This document shows positions 48,468-58,329 of a DNA stretch of 64,000 nucleotides, in pieces. The notes beneath the pieces are model-generated. The model was given only the letters and a program-made list of their open reading frames with translations, had not been told where the DNA came from and searched no databases. The number at the start of each line of letters is the position of its first letter. Position 1 is the stretch's first letter. Origin of the DNA: Deltaproteobacteria bacterium (GTDB lineage: Bacteria; JAGRBM01; JAHCIT01); contig JAHCIT010000004.1 in the NCBI GenBank assembly GCA_026129095.1, positions 248,001 through 312,000 of the forward strand, read 5' to 3'. Position numbers and translations under genes: made by a program.

Positions 48468-49190
48468 GGCGGGAAGCGGCGGCGCATCCTTGCAGCAGCG
48501 GGTTCCCCGCATTTGCGGAAGCAGGCCGGGGCCGGCCGTGCGGCCGCGATTGCAGCTGATTCCCGAACCCGCGGCGGAACCGTAGCTCCCGCCCACGATC
48601 ACACCGCCCCGTCCATCCTCGACCCACTCGGCCAGATTTCCGATCGCGTCCGAGAGCCCGCGCCGCGTCACGCAGCCGTACATCTCGCCCGACTTCCGGA
48701 GCTGCATGGGCCGGTCCGGATCCGGAGAGGCGATATTGCAGGCCCGCTCCACCCGGTAGAGCGAATGATCGCCCGTCGGTCCGCCGCCCGAACATCCGTC
48801 CCGGAACTCTTCAAGCGTGCAAAGCCGTTTGCCCGCCGACAGGCACGCCGTCCTCGCACTATCGGCTGTCTCCAGAACCTTGGGCGGAGATTTCCGCCGG
48901 TTCGGATACTCGTACCGGTCCATGCACACATCCCCCACGCGAACCATTTCTTCCGGGCAACCCCTCCTCAGGTCCGCCTCCGGATCATACCGCTCGTCGA
49001 GCCGGAAGGCGTAGCGGCCCGGGAACAGCACCGGTCCCAGCCGGTTCAGGAGAAACACGCCGCCCCAGATCACCGCGTTTGCCACCATGATCCACGCGAA
49101 CCGCCGCCACATCTGGCGGCGGTCGTCATCGGGCTGGCGTTTTCCGGGTGCCGGGAATTCGGGCAGCGGCTGGCCGGGATTGTCTGTCAA
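48453..49190 (-). CDS. Membrane-anchored SUMF1/FGE-sulfatase domain protein
   Basis: CPEEMVRV, MDRYEYPN, GKRLCTLEEF, GNLAEWV, GGSY, RCC. Confidence 0.75.
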   Translation of the reverse strand: MTDNPGQPLPEFPAPGKRQPDDDRRQMWRRFAWIMVANAVIWGGVFLLNRLGPVLFPGRYAFRLDERYDPEADLRRGCPEEMVRVGDVCMDRYEYPNRRKSPPKVLETADSARTACLSAGKRLCTLEEFRDGCSGGGPTGDHSLYRVERACNIASPDPDRPMQLRKSGEMYGCVTRRGLSDAIGNLAEWVEDGRGGVIVGGSYGSAAGSGISCNRGRTAGPGLLPQMRGTRCCKDAPPLPASPAP

Positions 49191-49226
49191 GCTGGAGACT
49201 CCAGTTCCGGAGGACAGGCGGGAACT

Positions 49227-49448
49227 TCAGTGAACGGTTGGCGAGCCATCCGTGCCGTCCCCGCCGTCACCCTCGCCGGCGAGACCCTCTTCCTCATCAT
49301 CCAGCACCGGGCCGCCCGGCACCCGGAACCCGCCGCTCATCCATGTGCCGAAATCGACCATCTGGCACCGCTTCGAGCAGAACGGGAAGTAGCGGCTTTC
49401 CTCCCGCACGAACTCCTGACGGCACTGGGGACAGCTCATTTTCGCCAT
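49227..49448 (-). CDS. yacG: DNA gyrase inhibitor YacG
   Basis: CPQC...FPFCSKRCQMVDFGTW zinc-finger signature with an acidic tail; it is the C-terminal part of the 49227..50345 ORF. Confidence 0.9.
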   Translation of the reverse strand: MAKMSCPQCRQEFVREESRYFPFCSKRCQMVDFGTWMSGGFRVPGGPVLDDEEEGLAGEGDGGDGTDGSPTVH

Positions 49449-49577
49449 GGGCGTATCCTCTGAAATCCGGAAGACCGGACACAAACAGTCTAGCTCACCC
49501 GGCGCACCACCGGCGAAGATTGCCGGACCGGATATTTCAGGGGCCTTGACAGCGGCACGGGGGGCCGATATCTGGAT

Positions 49578-49595
49578 ATTGACTGACGGGTCAAT
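49578..49595. promoter_or_regulatory. Palindromic putative TetR operator
   Basis: ATTGAC-TGACGG-GTCAAT, downstream of TTGACA (49546-49551) and 33 bp before the TetR start. Confidence 0.55.
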
Positions 49596-49628
49596 CACCA
49601 ACCCGCCAGCAAAAGCATAGAGGTCCGC

Positions 49629-50285
49629 GTGCCGTCCAGAACCCCCCGCCTCCGAAAAGCCGCCACCCAGCCCGATGCCCAGAGCTCGCGGGCCGGTGCG
49701 CTCGAAAAGCGGAAGGCCATCCTCGACGCCGCCGTCAAGGTGTTCGCCAAGAAGGGCTACTACGGCTGCCGCGTGTCGGACATCGCCGAGGAGGCGGGCG
49801 TCGCCTACGGCCTTGTCTACCACTACTTCAAGAGCAAGGAGCAGGTGCTCAACTCCATCTTCCAGGAGCGGTGGAGCGTGTTTATCGCCCTCCTGAAACG
49901 GGTGGACGAGACGCCCGACCCGCTCGAAAAGAAGCTCCGCACCATCGTCAGCTACATGGTGGACGGCTACCGGCTGAACCCGGCCATGATGGAGGTGGTG
50001 ATCCTCGAGATCTCGCGCAGTTCCAAGTTCTTCAGCGCCGCCCACACGGAGATATTCACCGACGCCATGACGCTTCTCGACCGGATGCTCACACGCGGCG
50101 TGGAAAACCGAGAGGTCCGCGCCGGACTCGACACCCGCACGGCCGCCTATCTGTTTTTCGGCATGATCGAGACCGTGCTCACCGGTTTCGTGCTGGGAGC
50201 CCTCAAGACCGCCTCCACCGCCGACTTCGACCGGATCAAGACCGAGGTCGTCGAAACGTTCCTGAACGGCATCCGCGCCCGCTGA
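49629..50285 (+). CDS. TetR/AcrR family transcriptional regulator
   Basis: ILDAAVKVFAKKGY...DIAEEAGVAYGLVYHYFKSKE. Confidence 0.93.
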   Translation: MPSRTPRLRKAATQPDAQSSRAGALEKRKAILDAAVKVFAKKGYYGCRVSDIAEEAGVAYGLVYHYFKSKEQVLNSIFQERWSVFIALLKRVDETPDPLEKKLRTIVSYMVDGYRLNPAMMEVVILEISRSSKFFSAAHTEIFTDAMTLLDRMLTRGVENREVRAGLDTRTAAYLFFGMIETVLTGFVLGALKTASTADFDRIKTEVVETFLNGIRAR

Positions 50286-50367
50286 GAGCGGGGATAGATT
50301 GTCATAATCAATCCTGTGTTGCTGCCACTGGGGTAGGGAAGTCACACAATTCCGGCCGCAGGGGTGA

Positions 50368-50443
50368 TGGTGCCGAGGGGCGGACTCGAACCGCCGACAC
50401 GTGGATTTTCAGTCCACTGCTCTACCAACTGAGCTACCACGGC
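50368..50443 (-). tRNA. tRNA-Phe (GAA)
   Basis: 76 nt: GCCGTGGTAGCTCAGTTGGTAGAGCAGTGGACTGAAAATCCACGTGTCGGCGGTTCGAGTCCGCCCCTCGGCACCA; D-loop, GAA anticodon, TTCGA loop and encoded CCA. Confidence 0.97.
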
Positions 50444-50576
50444 ATGATGCGGACGCGGGAAGGCCGCCGGGTGCGGCCGGAGCGGTGTCGCCGCTCCACG
50501 GGCTTTTAGGTAGCCACTTTTCCGGCCCAAGTAAATCCCCGAACGGGGCGGTTTTTCATCTTCCCAGGCTGCCGCT

Positions 50577-52775
50577 TCAACCGGCCTCGGCCATCGGCTC
50601 GGCCGCCCGGCGAACCTCCACCCGGATGCCGTTCAGGTGCGCCATCCCGGCGAACTTCTCCAGCGCGCCCGGCCCGTCGGCAGCAAGGAGGTTCGCGTTC
50701 GCGCCGGAGGTCCGGCTGGCGATGCTGAGGCCGTCGGCCTTCCTGTGCCCCCATCCATGCGGAAGCGCGACCACCCTGGGCATCATCTCGTCGGTGATTT
50801 TCACCGGCGCCGTGACCGTGGCCGTGGCCGAGCTGATCTCGGCCAGATCGCCGTCCTCCAGTTCCGCCCGGCGGGCGTCCTCCGGGTGCATGTAGAGGTA
50901 GTTCGTCCGGCGCTCGCCCTTCACGAACTCCTCGATATTGTGCATCCAGGAGTTGTGCGTGAACCGCTCGCGCTTGCTGATCAGCTTGAGCTGCTCCCGG
51001 CACTGGAGTTCCTCGGCGTAGTCGCGCACGAGGTCGCGGGCGGCGTCCACCAGGTCCGGCGGCGCAAGATCGATCTTTCCGTCACCGGTCAATACCCGCT
51101 TGCCGAGGAAATCCCCTGCCGGGTTCGGCTTCAGCAGAACCCCGTGCGGCTTCTTCCTGAGCGCCCAGGGGGTGATCTGGCGCGAGGCGAGCACCAGCAT
51201 CTCCATCATCCGTTCCGGCCTGAAGCCGACACGGCCGCCGATCAGCGGCAGTTTCGATAACAGGCGGTTCAGGTTGAAATAGGCCTGCACCGGTTTTGCC
51301 CCGAAAATGCTGATGCCGCAGGCACGGGCCAGCTCGGTGTAGATCCACCACTCGTCGCGCTGCTCGGCGTCGGGCTGGACCATCGCATCGGTCCACTGGA
51401 GGTATGGTACCGGCTGGAAGCCATTGGCCGGCATGGGCAGGTCCGGCCGCTCGAAAAACGACAGCGACGGCAGGATATAGTGGGCGAGATTGCCGGTCTC
51501 GTTGCGGAACATGTCCACCGAGACGATCAGTTCCAGCTTCTTCAGGGCCTCCTCCATCCGCGACCCGTTCGGGCAGGAAAGCAGCGGATTTCCGGCCGAG
51601 ACGAACAGCGCACGGATCTGCCCGTCCCCCGGCGTGAGGATTTCATCCGGCAGCACGCCGGCCGGGAAGCTGTCCATGACGCTTTCGAAGTTCCCGATCC
51701 GCGACCGGGCCTTGCGGGCTCCGACCCCGGCCATCTTCCCCAGCCGCGGAAGATCAACCAGGCCTCGCGAGACGATCATCCCGCCCCGGCGGTCCAGGTT
51801 CCCCGACACGCAGTTGATGACGTTCAGGACCCAATAGGCGAGCGTGCTGTTTTTGGCCATGTTGAGGCCGGTCGAGCAGTACAGGGCCGAGCCCTTCGAG
51901 TTTCGGTACCGGGCCACCATCTCGCGCAGCTTTTCCGCCGGGATCCCGGTCACCTTCTCGGCCTGCTCCGGCGTCCACTGGCGGGCCAGCTTCTCGGCAG
52001 CGTCCCAGTTCTTCATGTATTTCCCGATCAGGTCGTTCCGGACTCCGCCCGTGGCGATCAGCTCGTTCAGGAACGCCAGCAGGAAATAGACATCCGTGTC
52101 GGGCCGGACGAAAACCTGCTCGCCCAGTCCGCGGGCCGATTCGGTCTTCCGCGGGTTGACGAAATAGACCTTGCCGCCGCGCTGCTCGATCGCCTTCAGC
52201 CGCTCGATCGGCCGTGGCGCGCTCACGAAGCTCATCTGCGAGATGGCGGGATTGGACCCCACGATAATGAAGCAATCCACGTGGTCGAAATCCGGTATGG
52301 GCTGGATGGCCGGTGAGCCATACATGCGGATGGTCGCGGCGAACTTGTTGTTACAGTCCTGCGAACCGGCCGAATAGAAGTTCTTGCTCCCGAGGCCGGA
52401 CAGGAAGGCCTGCGAGAACACCGGATGGGTGCCGCTGAAGGCCGCCGGATTCCCCATGTACATCGCGATGGAGCTGGGGCCGTGCTGGCGGCGGAGTTCC
52501 TTCACTTTCCGGCCGATCTCGCTGAAGGCCCGGTCCCAGGTGATCCGGACCCACTTGTCGCCCACCCGTTTCATCGGGTGCTTGATCCGGTCGGGCGAGT
52601 TGTGGACATCGAGAAACCTGATCCCCTTGATGCACACGTAGCCCTGGGTCACCACATGCTCGCGGTCGGGTTCGACCTTGACGATGCGGTTTCCCTCCGT
52701 CGTCACTTCCAGGCCGCAGGCGGCCTCGCAGATGCGGCAAAAAGTCGTCTTGGTCTCCGTCACCGGTCCGGACAT
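50577..52775 (-). CDS. Molybdopterin-dependent oxidoreductase, substrate unknown
   Basis: CRICEAACG...CIKG Fe-S motif, GSNPAIS, VSAGNP, HNSWMHN, MHPEDA, LPHGWG. Start inferred at MSGPV. Confidence 0.9.
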   Translation of the reverse strand: MSGPVTETKTTFCRICEAACGLEVTTEGNRIVKVEPDREHVVTQGYVCIKGIRFLDVHNSPDRIKHPMKRVGDKWVRITWDRAFSEIGRKVKELRRQHGPSSIAMYMGNPAAFSGTHPVFSQAFLSGLGSKNFYSAGSQDCNNKFAATIRMYGSPAIQPIPDFDHVDCFIIVGSNPAISQMSFVSAPRPIERLKAIEQRGGKVYFVNPRKTESARGLGEQVFVRPDTDVYFLLAFLNELIATGGVRNDLIGKYMKNWDAAEKLARQWTPEQAEKVTGIPAEKLREMVARYRNSKGSALYCSTGLNMAKNSTLAYWVLNVINCVSGNLDRRGGMIVSRGLVDLPRLGKMAGVGARKARSRIGNFESVMDSFPAGVLPDEILTPGDGQIRALFVSAGNPLLSCPNGSRMEEALKKLELIVSVDMFRNETGNLAHYILPSLSFFERPDLPMPANGFQPVPYLQWTDAMVQPDAEQRDEWWIYTELARACGISIFGAKPVQAYFNLNRLLSKLPLIGGRVGFRPERMMEMLVLASRQITPWALRKKPHGVLLKPNPAGDFLGKRVLTGDGKIDLAPPDLVDAARDLVRDYAEELQCREQLKLISKRERFTHNSWMHNIEEFVKGERRTNYLYMHPEDARRAELEDGDLAEISSATATVTAPVKITDEMMPRVVALPHGWGHRKADGLSIASRTSGANANLLAADGPGALEKFAGMAHLNGIRVEVRRAAEPMAEAG

Positions 52776-52987
52776 GATCGGTCCCCCTGTTGTTTCGTCC
52801 CGCCAGCATATCACTGGCCGGGCTCCCTGGTACCGGCAAAACCCTAGAGGCTCAGGGCCGGACTGACAAGCATGTCATTTTTGAGTGCCCCGATGGTTTT
52901 CCCCTTGCCCCGACCGGCTGGCCGGGGTATCCCGTCCGGCTGGGGGACGCCCGGAACCGGTACCGGTTCCGGGCAGCAACAGAGGCG

Positions 52988-54436
52988 ATGACGCTCGGAC
53001 AATATCTCGTCAAAAATGGCTTCGCCACACCGGCGCAGATCGATGATGCGCTGAACCTCCAGGTCGTATATGGCGGCCGGCTGGGCACGAACCTGCTGGA
53101 AGTGGGCGCCCTGGACGAGCGCACCCTCGCCAAGGCGCTCTCGAAATACCACAAGGTAAAGGCCCTGGACCCCACAGCCCCGCTGACCGTGCGGCCCGAT
53201 GCCTTCGAACTCATCAGCCGCCATTTCGCCCGGAAATACAACTGCATTCCCATGTGGACCGAGGGGCAAAAACTCTACGTGGCCACATCGGACCCCCGTA
53301 ACCAGTTCAGCCTGGAGGCGATCGCACGGGTGACGGGCCGCCAGATCGTCCCGCTGGTGATGCCAGAACTGAAGTTCCACGCGGCCCTGGAGAAGTTCTA
53401 CAACATCAAGCGCGAACTCAGGTTCGTGACGCTCTCGATGAAGCTGATCGAGCGCGAGCGGCGGAAGAAGGCCCAGAAGGTCAAGCCCAAGGAGGAAGCC
53501 CCCAAGGCCGCCCCGCCGACCGAAGACCTGATGCCGGAAGAAGTCTTCGAAGGCCAGATCGCGTCGCTCCAGGAACGGCAGGGGATGACGACCGCCCCGC
53601 TCTCCGGGGACCATCCGTTCGGCGACACCGAAGCCCCCGCCGCTGCGGCAAAGGCCCGCGCTCCGGCGGCCAGCGCGCCGCCAAGCATGCCTCCCGGCGA
53701 CCCGAACGCGCAGACGCACACTCCATTCGCCGGCAAGGGTGTGCAGGTGATCGACCGCGAGGCCCTCGCCCGCGCCGAGGCCGAAAGCGCCGACGAGATA
53801 CTTGAAATCGACGATGCCGACATCATTGAAATCGATGATGCCGATATCATCGAGGAAGTCGTCTACTCGCAGTCGGCGGATGCCGCGCCCGAGGAGATAC
53901 TCGAAGCCGACGAAGCGGAACTGGAAGCGCCGAAGTTCACCGCCATCGACCTCAAGACGGCCCAGCAGATGATCGCCGACGCCAGGAACCGAGACGATAT
54001 CGCACGCGCGGCCCTCTCGCTGGCGCTGAATACCATGAGCCGGGCGCTGATCTTCATCGTGAAGGGCAACCTCGTGATGGGCTGGGACGGCGCCGGAGAA
54101 CAGGTGGACCGGGGCACCATCCAGAGCCTGGTGCTGCCGCTGAACGTCCCCAGCGCGTTCAAGTTCGTCTTCGACACGCGGGCGCCATTCGTGGGCCCGC
54201 TGCCGGCCAACGAAACCAACGACCAGTTCCTGAAGCTGCTCGGCGGGGCGCGGCCCAAATCGTCCGTGATCTTCCCGATCCTCTTCCGTGGACGGGTTGT
54301 GAATGTTATTTATGCCGATTCAGGACCGGGCAAGCTGGCCTCGACGGACATTTCGGACCTGCAAATCCTGTCCCCGAAGATCCCGGCGACCTTCGACCGC
54401 ATCCTGAACGAACGCAAGCGCAAAGTGTCCGGGTAA
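52988..54436 (+). CDS. GspE/PilB N-terminal (MshEN) domain protein lacking the ATPase domain
   Basis: TLGQYLVKNG...ALNLQ...GRLGTNLLEVG, ARKYNCIP...LYVATSDP; acidic linker; GAF-like C-terminus; no Walker A motif. Confidence 0.78.
   Translation: MTLGQYLVKNGFATPAQIDDALNLQVVYGGRLGTNLLEVGALDERTLAKALSKYHKVKALDPTAPLTVRPDAFELISRHFARKYNCIPMWTEGQKLYVATSDPRNQFSLEAIARVTGRQIVPLVMPELKFHAALEKFYNIKRELRFVTLSMKLIERERRKKAQKVKPKEEAPKAAPPTEDLMPEEVFEGQIASLQERQGMTTAPLSGDHPFGDTEAPAAAAKARAPAASAPPSMPPGDPNAQTHTPFAGKGVQVIDREALARAEAESADEILEIDDADIIEIDDADIIEEVVYSQSADAAPEEILEADEAELEAPKFTAIDLKTAQQMIADARNRDDIARAALSLALNTMSRALIFIVKGNLVMGWDGAGEQVDRGTIQSLVLPLNVPSAFKFVFDTRAPFVGPLPANETNDQFLKLLGGARPKSSVIFPILFRGRVVNVIYADSGPGKLASTDISDLQILSPKIPATFDRILNERKRKVSG
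53804..53851 (+). repeat. In-frame 24-bp tandem duplication encoding EIDDADII twice
   Basis: GAAATCGACGATGCCGACATCATT / GAAATCGATGATGCCGATATCATC; 3 differences, all synonymous. Confidence 0.85.
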
Positions 54437-54502
54437 CCGGCTTCCGGCCCCGGCATAAGGGCTGCCAGACCGGCAGGCCATCACGGCTCCAGGGAGGAAC
54501 CG

Positions 54503-55207
54503 GTGCAGAAACTGTTGCAAGGCATACTGAACTTCCGCAGGAACGTCGCCCCCGGCTATGCGGAGACGTTCGCCAAGCTCGCCCTCGGCCAGTCACCCGA
54601 CACCCTGCTTATTGCCTGTTCCGACAGCCGCGTTGTTCCCAACCTGTTCGCCTCGACCGAACCCGGCGACATGTTCGTCCTCCGGAACGTGGCCAACCTG
54701 GTCCCTCCCTATGACGATTCCCGTCCCGATACCGGCACCGAATCGGAAGGGGCCGCCATCGAATTCTCCGTCCGGACACTGGGGATTTCCGACATCATCG
54801 TCTGCGGCCATTCGGAATGCGGCGGCATGCAGGCCCTGATGCGCGGCCGGGAGCAGATTCCCGCCCGGAACCTCCGTGCCTGGCTCGCCAACGGCGACCG
54901 GTCCCTGTTCCGGTACCGGGCGGGTGAACGGGCAAGTCCGGAACCGGACGCCGTCAACCAGCTTTCCCAGCTCAACGTGCTCCAGCAGATGGATCACCTC
55001 GCCACCTATCCGGTAATCCGGGAAAAAATGGACGCCGGGAAGCTCCGCCTGCACGGCTGGTGGTTCGAGATATCCACGACCATCGTGCACGCCTGGGATC
55101 CGCTGGAAAACCGGTTCGTGCCGATTGACGAGATGGAAGCCGAGCGGATCATGCAGCGCCTCCATGCCGAGTCCAGCGGCGGCCCGCAGGCCTCCGGTTC
55201 CCGCTGA
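54503..55207 (+). CDS. Beta-class carbonic anhydrase
   Basis: GQSP, ACSDSRV, RNVAN, CGHSECG; GGAGG RBS. Confidence 0.95.
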   Translation: MQKLLQGILNFRRNVAPGYAETFAKLALGQSPDTLLIACSDSRVVPNLFASTEPGDMFVLRNVANLVPPYDDSRPDTGTESEGAAIEFSVRTLGISDIIVCGHSECGGMQALMRGREQIPARNLRAWLANGDRSLFRYRAGERASPEPDAVNQLSQLNVLQQMDHLATYPVIREKMDAGKLRLHGWWFEISTTIVHAWDPLENRFVPIDEMEAERIMQRLHAESSGGPQASGSR

Positions 55208-55297
55208 GCTGCCAGCCCTCCGTTTGCCACCTTCCGGGCGTCAAGTTACACCAACGCATCCCAGCTGGTACCCCAAGAACAGGAAGAACAATCCCCC

Positions 55298-57016
55298 GTG
55301 CGCCAGAGCCACTACCACCTGCCAACGCTCCGTGAAGACCCCGCCGATGCCGAGCTGATTTCACACAAGCTGCTGTTGCGGGCCGGCCTGATCCGCAAGA
55401 TTGCCGCCGGCATATATGACTACCTGCCAGTGGGCCTGCGTGCGCTCAGGAAGGTGGAACGAATCGTCCGCGAGGAGATGGACCGGTCCGGCGGCCTGGA
55501 GGTCCAGCTCCCCGGCGTCGTCCCGTCGGAACTGTGGGTCGAGTCGGGACGCTGGTCCAAATACGGGAAAGAACTCCTTCGCCTCAAGGACCGGCACAGT
55601 CACGAGTTCTGCATCGGCCCTACTCACGAAGAAGCCATCGTCGATCTTGTCCGCCAGGATTTGCGGAGCTACCGCGAGCTTCCCCGGAACTTCTACCAGA
55701 TCGGCAACAAGTTCCGTGACGAGGTGCGCCCCCGGTTCGGCCTGATGCGCGGACGTGAGTTCCTGATGAAGGACGGCTACAGCTTCCATCCGTCCTACGA
55801 TGATCTGGACCGCGAATACGAGAACATGCGGCAGGCCTACAGCCGGGTTTTCGAACGCTGCGGCCTCAGGTTCCGCGTCGTCGAGGCCGACACCGGAGCC
55901 ATCGGCGGGTCGTCCTCCCACGAGTTCACCGTGCTGGCCGATGCGGGCGAGGATGCCATCGCCTCATGCAACAGCTGCAGCTACACGGCCAATGTTGAAA
56001 AGGCCGAGGCTCGCGCCACGGATCCGGCCCCTGGGAAGCCCCAGAAGCCGAAGCCGGAGGAAGTGCACACCCCGAACCTCAAGACCGTCGAGGAGGTGGC
56101 CGCGTTTCTCGGCATGACGCCACACCAGAAGATCAAGACCATGATCTACGACACCGACCTCGGTCCGGTTGTGGCACTGGTCCGCGGCGACGATACGGTC
56201 AACGAGATCAAGCTCAAGAACGCCTGCAAGGCCGAGTGGGTTCTGCTTGCCAGCGATGAGACTGTCCGGAAGGTCACCGGCGCTCCGCCGGGCTTTGCGG
56301 GCCCCGTCGGCCTCAAAATAGCGGCCCCGATCTATGCCGACCACACCATCCAGACGCTCGTGGATGCGGGCTGCGGGGCCAATCGTGAGGACTATCACCT
56401 GATTGGCGTCAATCCCGGCCGGGATTTCCAGCCAAAGGCCTATGTCGAGCTCCGGACGGTCAGGGCCGGTGATGCCTGTCCACGCTGCCCAAACGGGAAG
56501 CTGGACCTTTTGCGGGGAATCGAGGTCGGCCACATCTTCAAGCTGGGAACCCGCTATTCGGAGCCGATGGGACTCAGTTTCCTGGCCGAGAACGGCGAAA
56601 AGCAGACGGTCATCATGGGTACTTATGGCATCGGTGTGAGCCGGACGCTTCAGGCGGCTGTCGAACAGAATCATGACGCGGACGGCATCATATTCCCGCA
56701 TGGAATCGCACCCTTCGATGTTCATCTGGTCTGCGTGAATGCGAATCAGCCCGAGGTCATCGAGGTCGCCGACCGGATGTACGACCTGCTCCGGCGGTCC
56801 GGCGTGGAAGTCCTTTATGACGACCGGGATGAGCGCCCCGGCATCAAGTTCAAGGATGCCGATCTTCTGGGACTCCCCGTCCGGATGTCGGTCGGCGCCA
56901 AGGGACTCAAGGACGGAGTTGTCGAGTTCCGCCGGCGCAAGGATGGCGAGACCAGCCGGGTTGCCCTTGCAGAGGTGGAAACCTTCGTGAAAACTCACCT
57001 CCTGCGGCAGGACTGA
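55298..57016 (+). CDS. proS: Proline--tRNA ligase with INS editing domain
   Basis: SHKLLLRAG, GPTHEE, KFRDEVRPRFGLMRGREF, GIEVGHIFKLG, YGIGVSR, DDRDERPGIKFKDADL. Confidence 0.98.
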   Translation: MRQSHYHLPTLREDPADAELISHKLLLRAGLIRKIAAGIYDYLPVGLRALRKVERIVREEMDRSGGLEVQLPGVVPSELWVESGRWSKYGKELLRLKDRHSHEFCIGPTHEEAIVDLVRQDLRSYRELPRNFYQIGNKFRDEVRPRFGLMRGREFLMKDGYSFHPSYDDLDREYENMRQAYSRVFERCGLRFRVVEADTGAIGGSSSHEFTVLADAGEDAIASCNSCSYTANVEKAEARATDPAPGKPQKPKPEEVHTPNLKTVEEVAAFLGMTPHQKIKTMIYDTDLGPVVALVRGDDTVNEIKLKNACKAEWVLLASDETVRKVTGAPPGFAGPVGLKIAAPIYADHTIQTLVDAGCGANREDYHLIGVNPGRDFQPKAYVELRTVRAGDACPRCPNGKLDLLRGIEVGHIFKLGTRYSEPMGLSFLAENGEKQTVIMGTYGIGVSRTLQAAVEQNHDADGIIFPHGIAPFDVHLVCVNANQPEVIEVADRMYDLLRRSGVEVLYDDRDERPGIKFKDADLLGLPVRMSVGAKGLKDGVVEFRRRKDGETSRVALAEVETFVKTHLLRQD

Positions 57017-58329
57017 TGGGCTCCAGCGATATCACCATTGACGAGCAGGGCGCACTCCAGCTTTCTCCCGAAACACTGGAGCGGCTCAATCTTGAGCCGG
57101 GCCAGACCGTACGGATCCTGTTCGAGGGCGAGAATACCCTCGGACTGCTGACGGCAAGAGGCGAAGTGCGGGACATGCCCGATGGCACCCCCCTGTTCAT
57201 GGGGTCGCTGGCCAATATGCCGATTGCCGACGTGTTCAGTTTCCTGACCATGATCGCCCGCAGCGGTGTGCTGCGGATTTTCACCGAAGGATACGAGAGG
57301 GCCATTTACTTCCGGACCGGCGAGATCATCTTCGCGATCAGCACGCATCCGGAGTACAAGCTGGGTGTTTTCCTGCTGAACCGCGGCGTGATCGACAAGC
57401 GGCAACTGAGAGAAGTGGAGCGGGACTACACATCGGACCGGCGGTTCGGAAAGCTGCTCGTCGAGAAGGGATTCCTCACCACGCAGCAGCTCTGGGATTC
57501 TGTCCGTGCCCAGATCGAGGAAATCGTCTATTCCCTGTTCACGCTCCAGGCGGGAGATTTCATCTTCGTTGAGGGGGAGAATTTCCTCTCCGAAGACCTC
57601 GCCGGGTTTTCCCTGTCATCCCAGAATCTCCTGATGGAAGGCATCCGTCGCACAGACGAGTGGGCTCTCATCAATGAGGAGCTTCCGGACGATGGCGCCA
57701 TCCCCCTCCTGCCGGACAGCCCGCCAGCCAAGCTGCCTGATACCGAGAATGCACGGAAGGTGCTGACGCTTGTTGACGGGCGGCGATCGATCAAGCTGGT
57801 CGTCAAGCTCTCCCGGCTGGGGGAGTTCGAGGGCAAACGGGCCCTGTATGACCTGCTGAAGTCGAAGCACGTCAAGATTCCGCGGGAAGACTCCGGGAAA
57901 AAGGCCGCACGGGACTATGCCGCCGAGGCCCGGGCACTCGTTGACCGGCACAACACCCTGCTCCGCCAGCTTTATGCCGATCTCAAGTCCAAAAACATCG
58001 AGGTGAATTTGCAGGGGACGCTTCGCACGTTCCTGAAGGAACTGGCAACCACGCGGTTTGCCGACATCTTCCAGAACGTCGAACTCAACGCCGCCGGCGA
58101 GATGGATCCCGATGCGGTCATCCGGAACCAGAAGCCGGGTGCCAGCACCTCCCAAAAGGCCCTCGCCATTGAGGGCCTGGGAGAACTGCTCAACTTCGAA
58201 CTCCTTCAGGACGCCCTCCGCGAAATGGCCAACTACGCCATTTTCACGGTCCGGAACTCCTGCCCTGATGACGTGGCAGAACATATCGTCGGCCGTGTGC
58301 GGCAGCTTCAGGCAGGGAAGACCGAGTGA
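57016..58329 (+). CDS. DUF4388 domain protein with an AbrB/MazE-like N-terminus
   Basis: TIDEQGALQLSPETLERLNLEPGQTV; GSLANMPIADVF...SGVL...IYFRTGEI; LLMEGIRRTDEW. TGATG overlap with proS. Confidence 0.75.
   Translation: MGSSDITIDEQGALQLSPETLERLNLEPGQTVRILFEGENTLGLLTARGEVRDMPDGTPLFMGSLANMPIADVFSFLTMIARSGVLRIFTEGYERAIYFRTGEIIFAISTHPEYKLGVFLLNRGVIDKRQLREVERDYTSDRRFGKLLVEKGFLTTQQLWDSVRAQIEEIVYSLFTLQAGDFIFVEGENFLSEDLAGFSLSSQNLLMEGIRRTDEWALINEELPDDGAIPLLPDSPPAKLPDTENARKVLTLVDGRRSIKLVVKLSRLGEFEGKRALYDLLKSKHVKIPREDSGKKAARDYAAEARALVDRHNTLLRQLYADLKSKNIEVNLQGTLRTFLKELATTRFADIFQNVELNAAGEMDPDAVIRNQKPGASTSQKALAIEGLGELLNFELLQDALREMANYAIFTVRNSCPDDVAEHIVGRVRQLQAGKTE

Noticed and set aside
49449-50345. Long 5' extension of the yacG ORF (372 aa in the track)
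   Set aside because: It is antisense to the TetR gene; only the last 73 aa carry the YacG signature.
50286-50576. Genomic island integrated at tRNA-Phe
   Set aside because: No integrase and no duplicated tRNA 3' end seen in the window.
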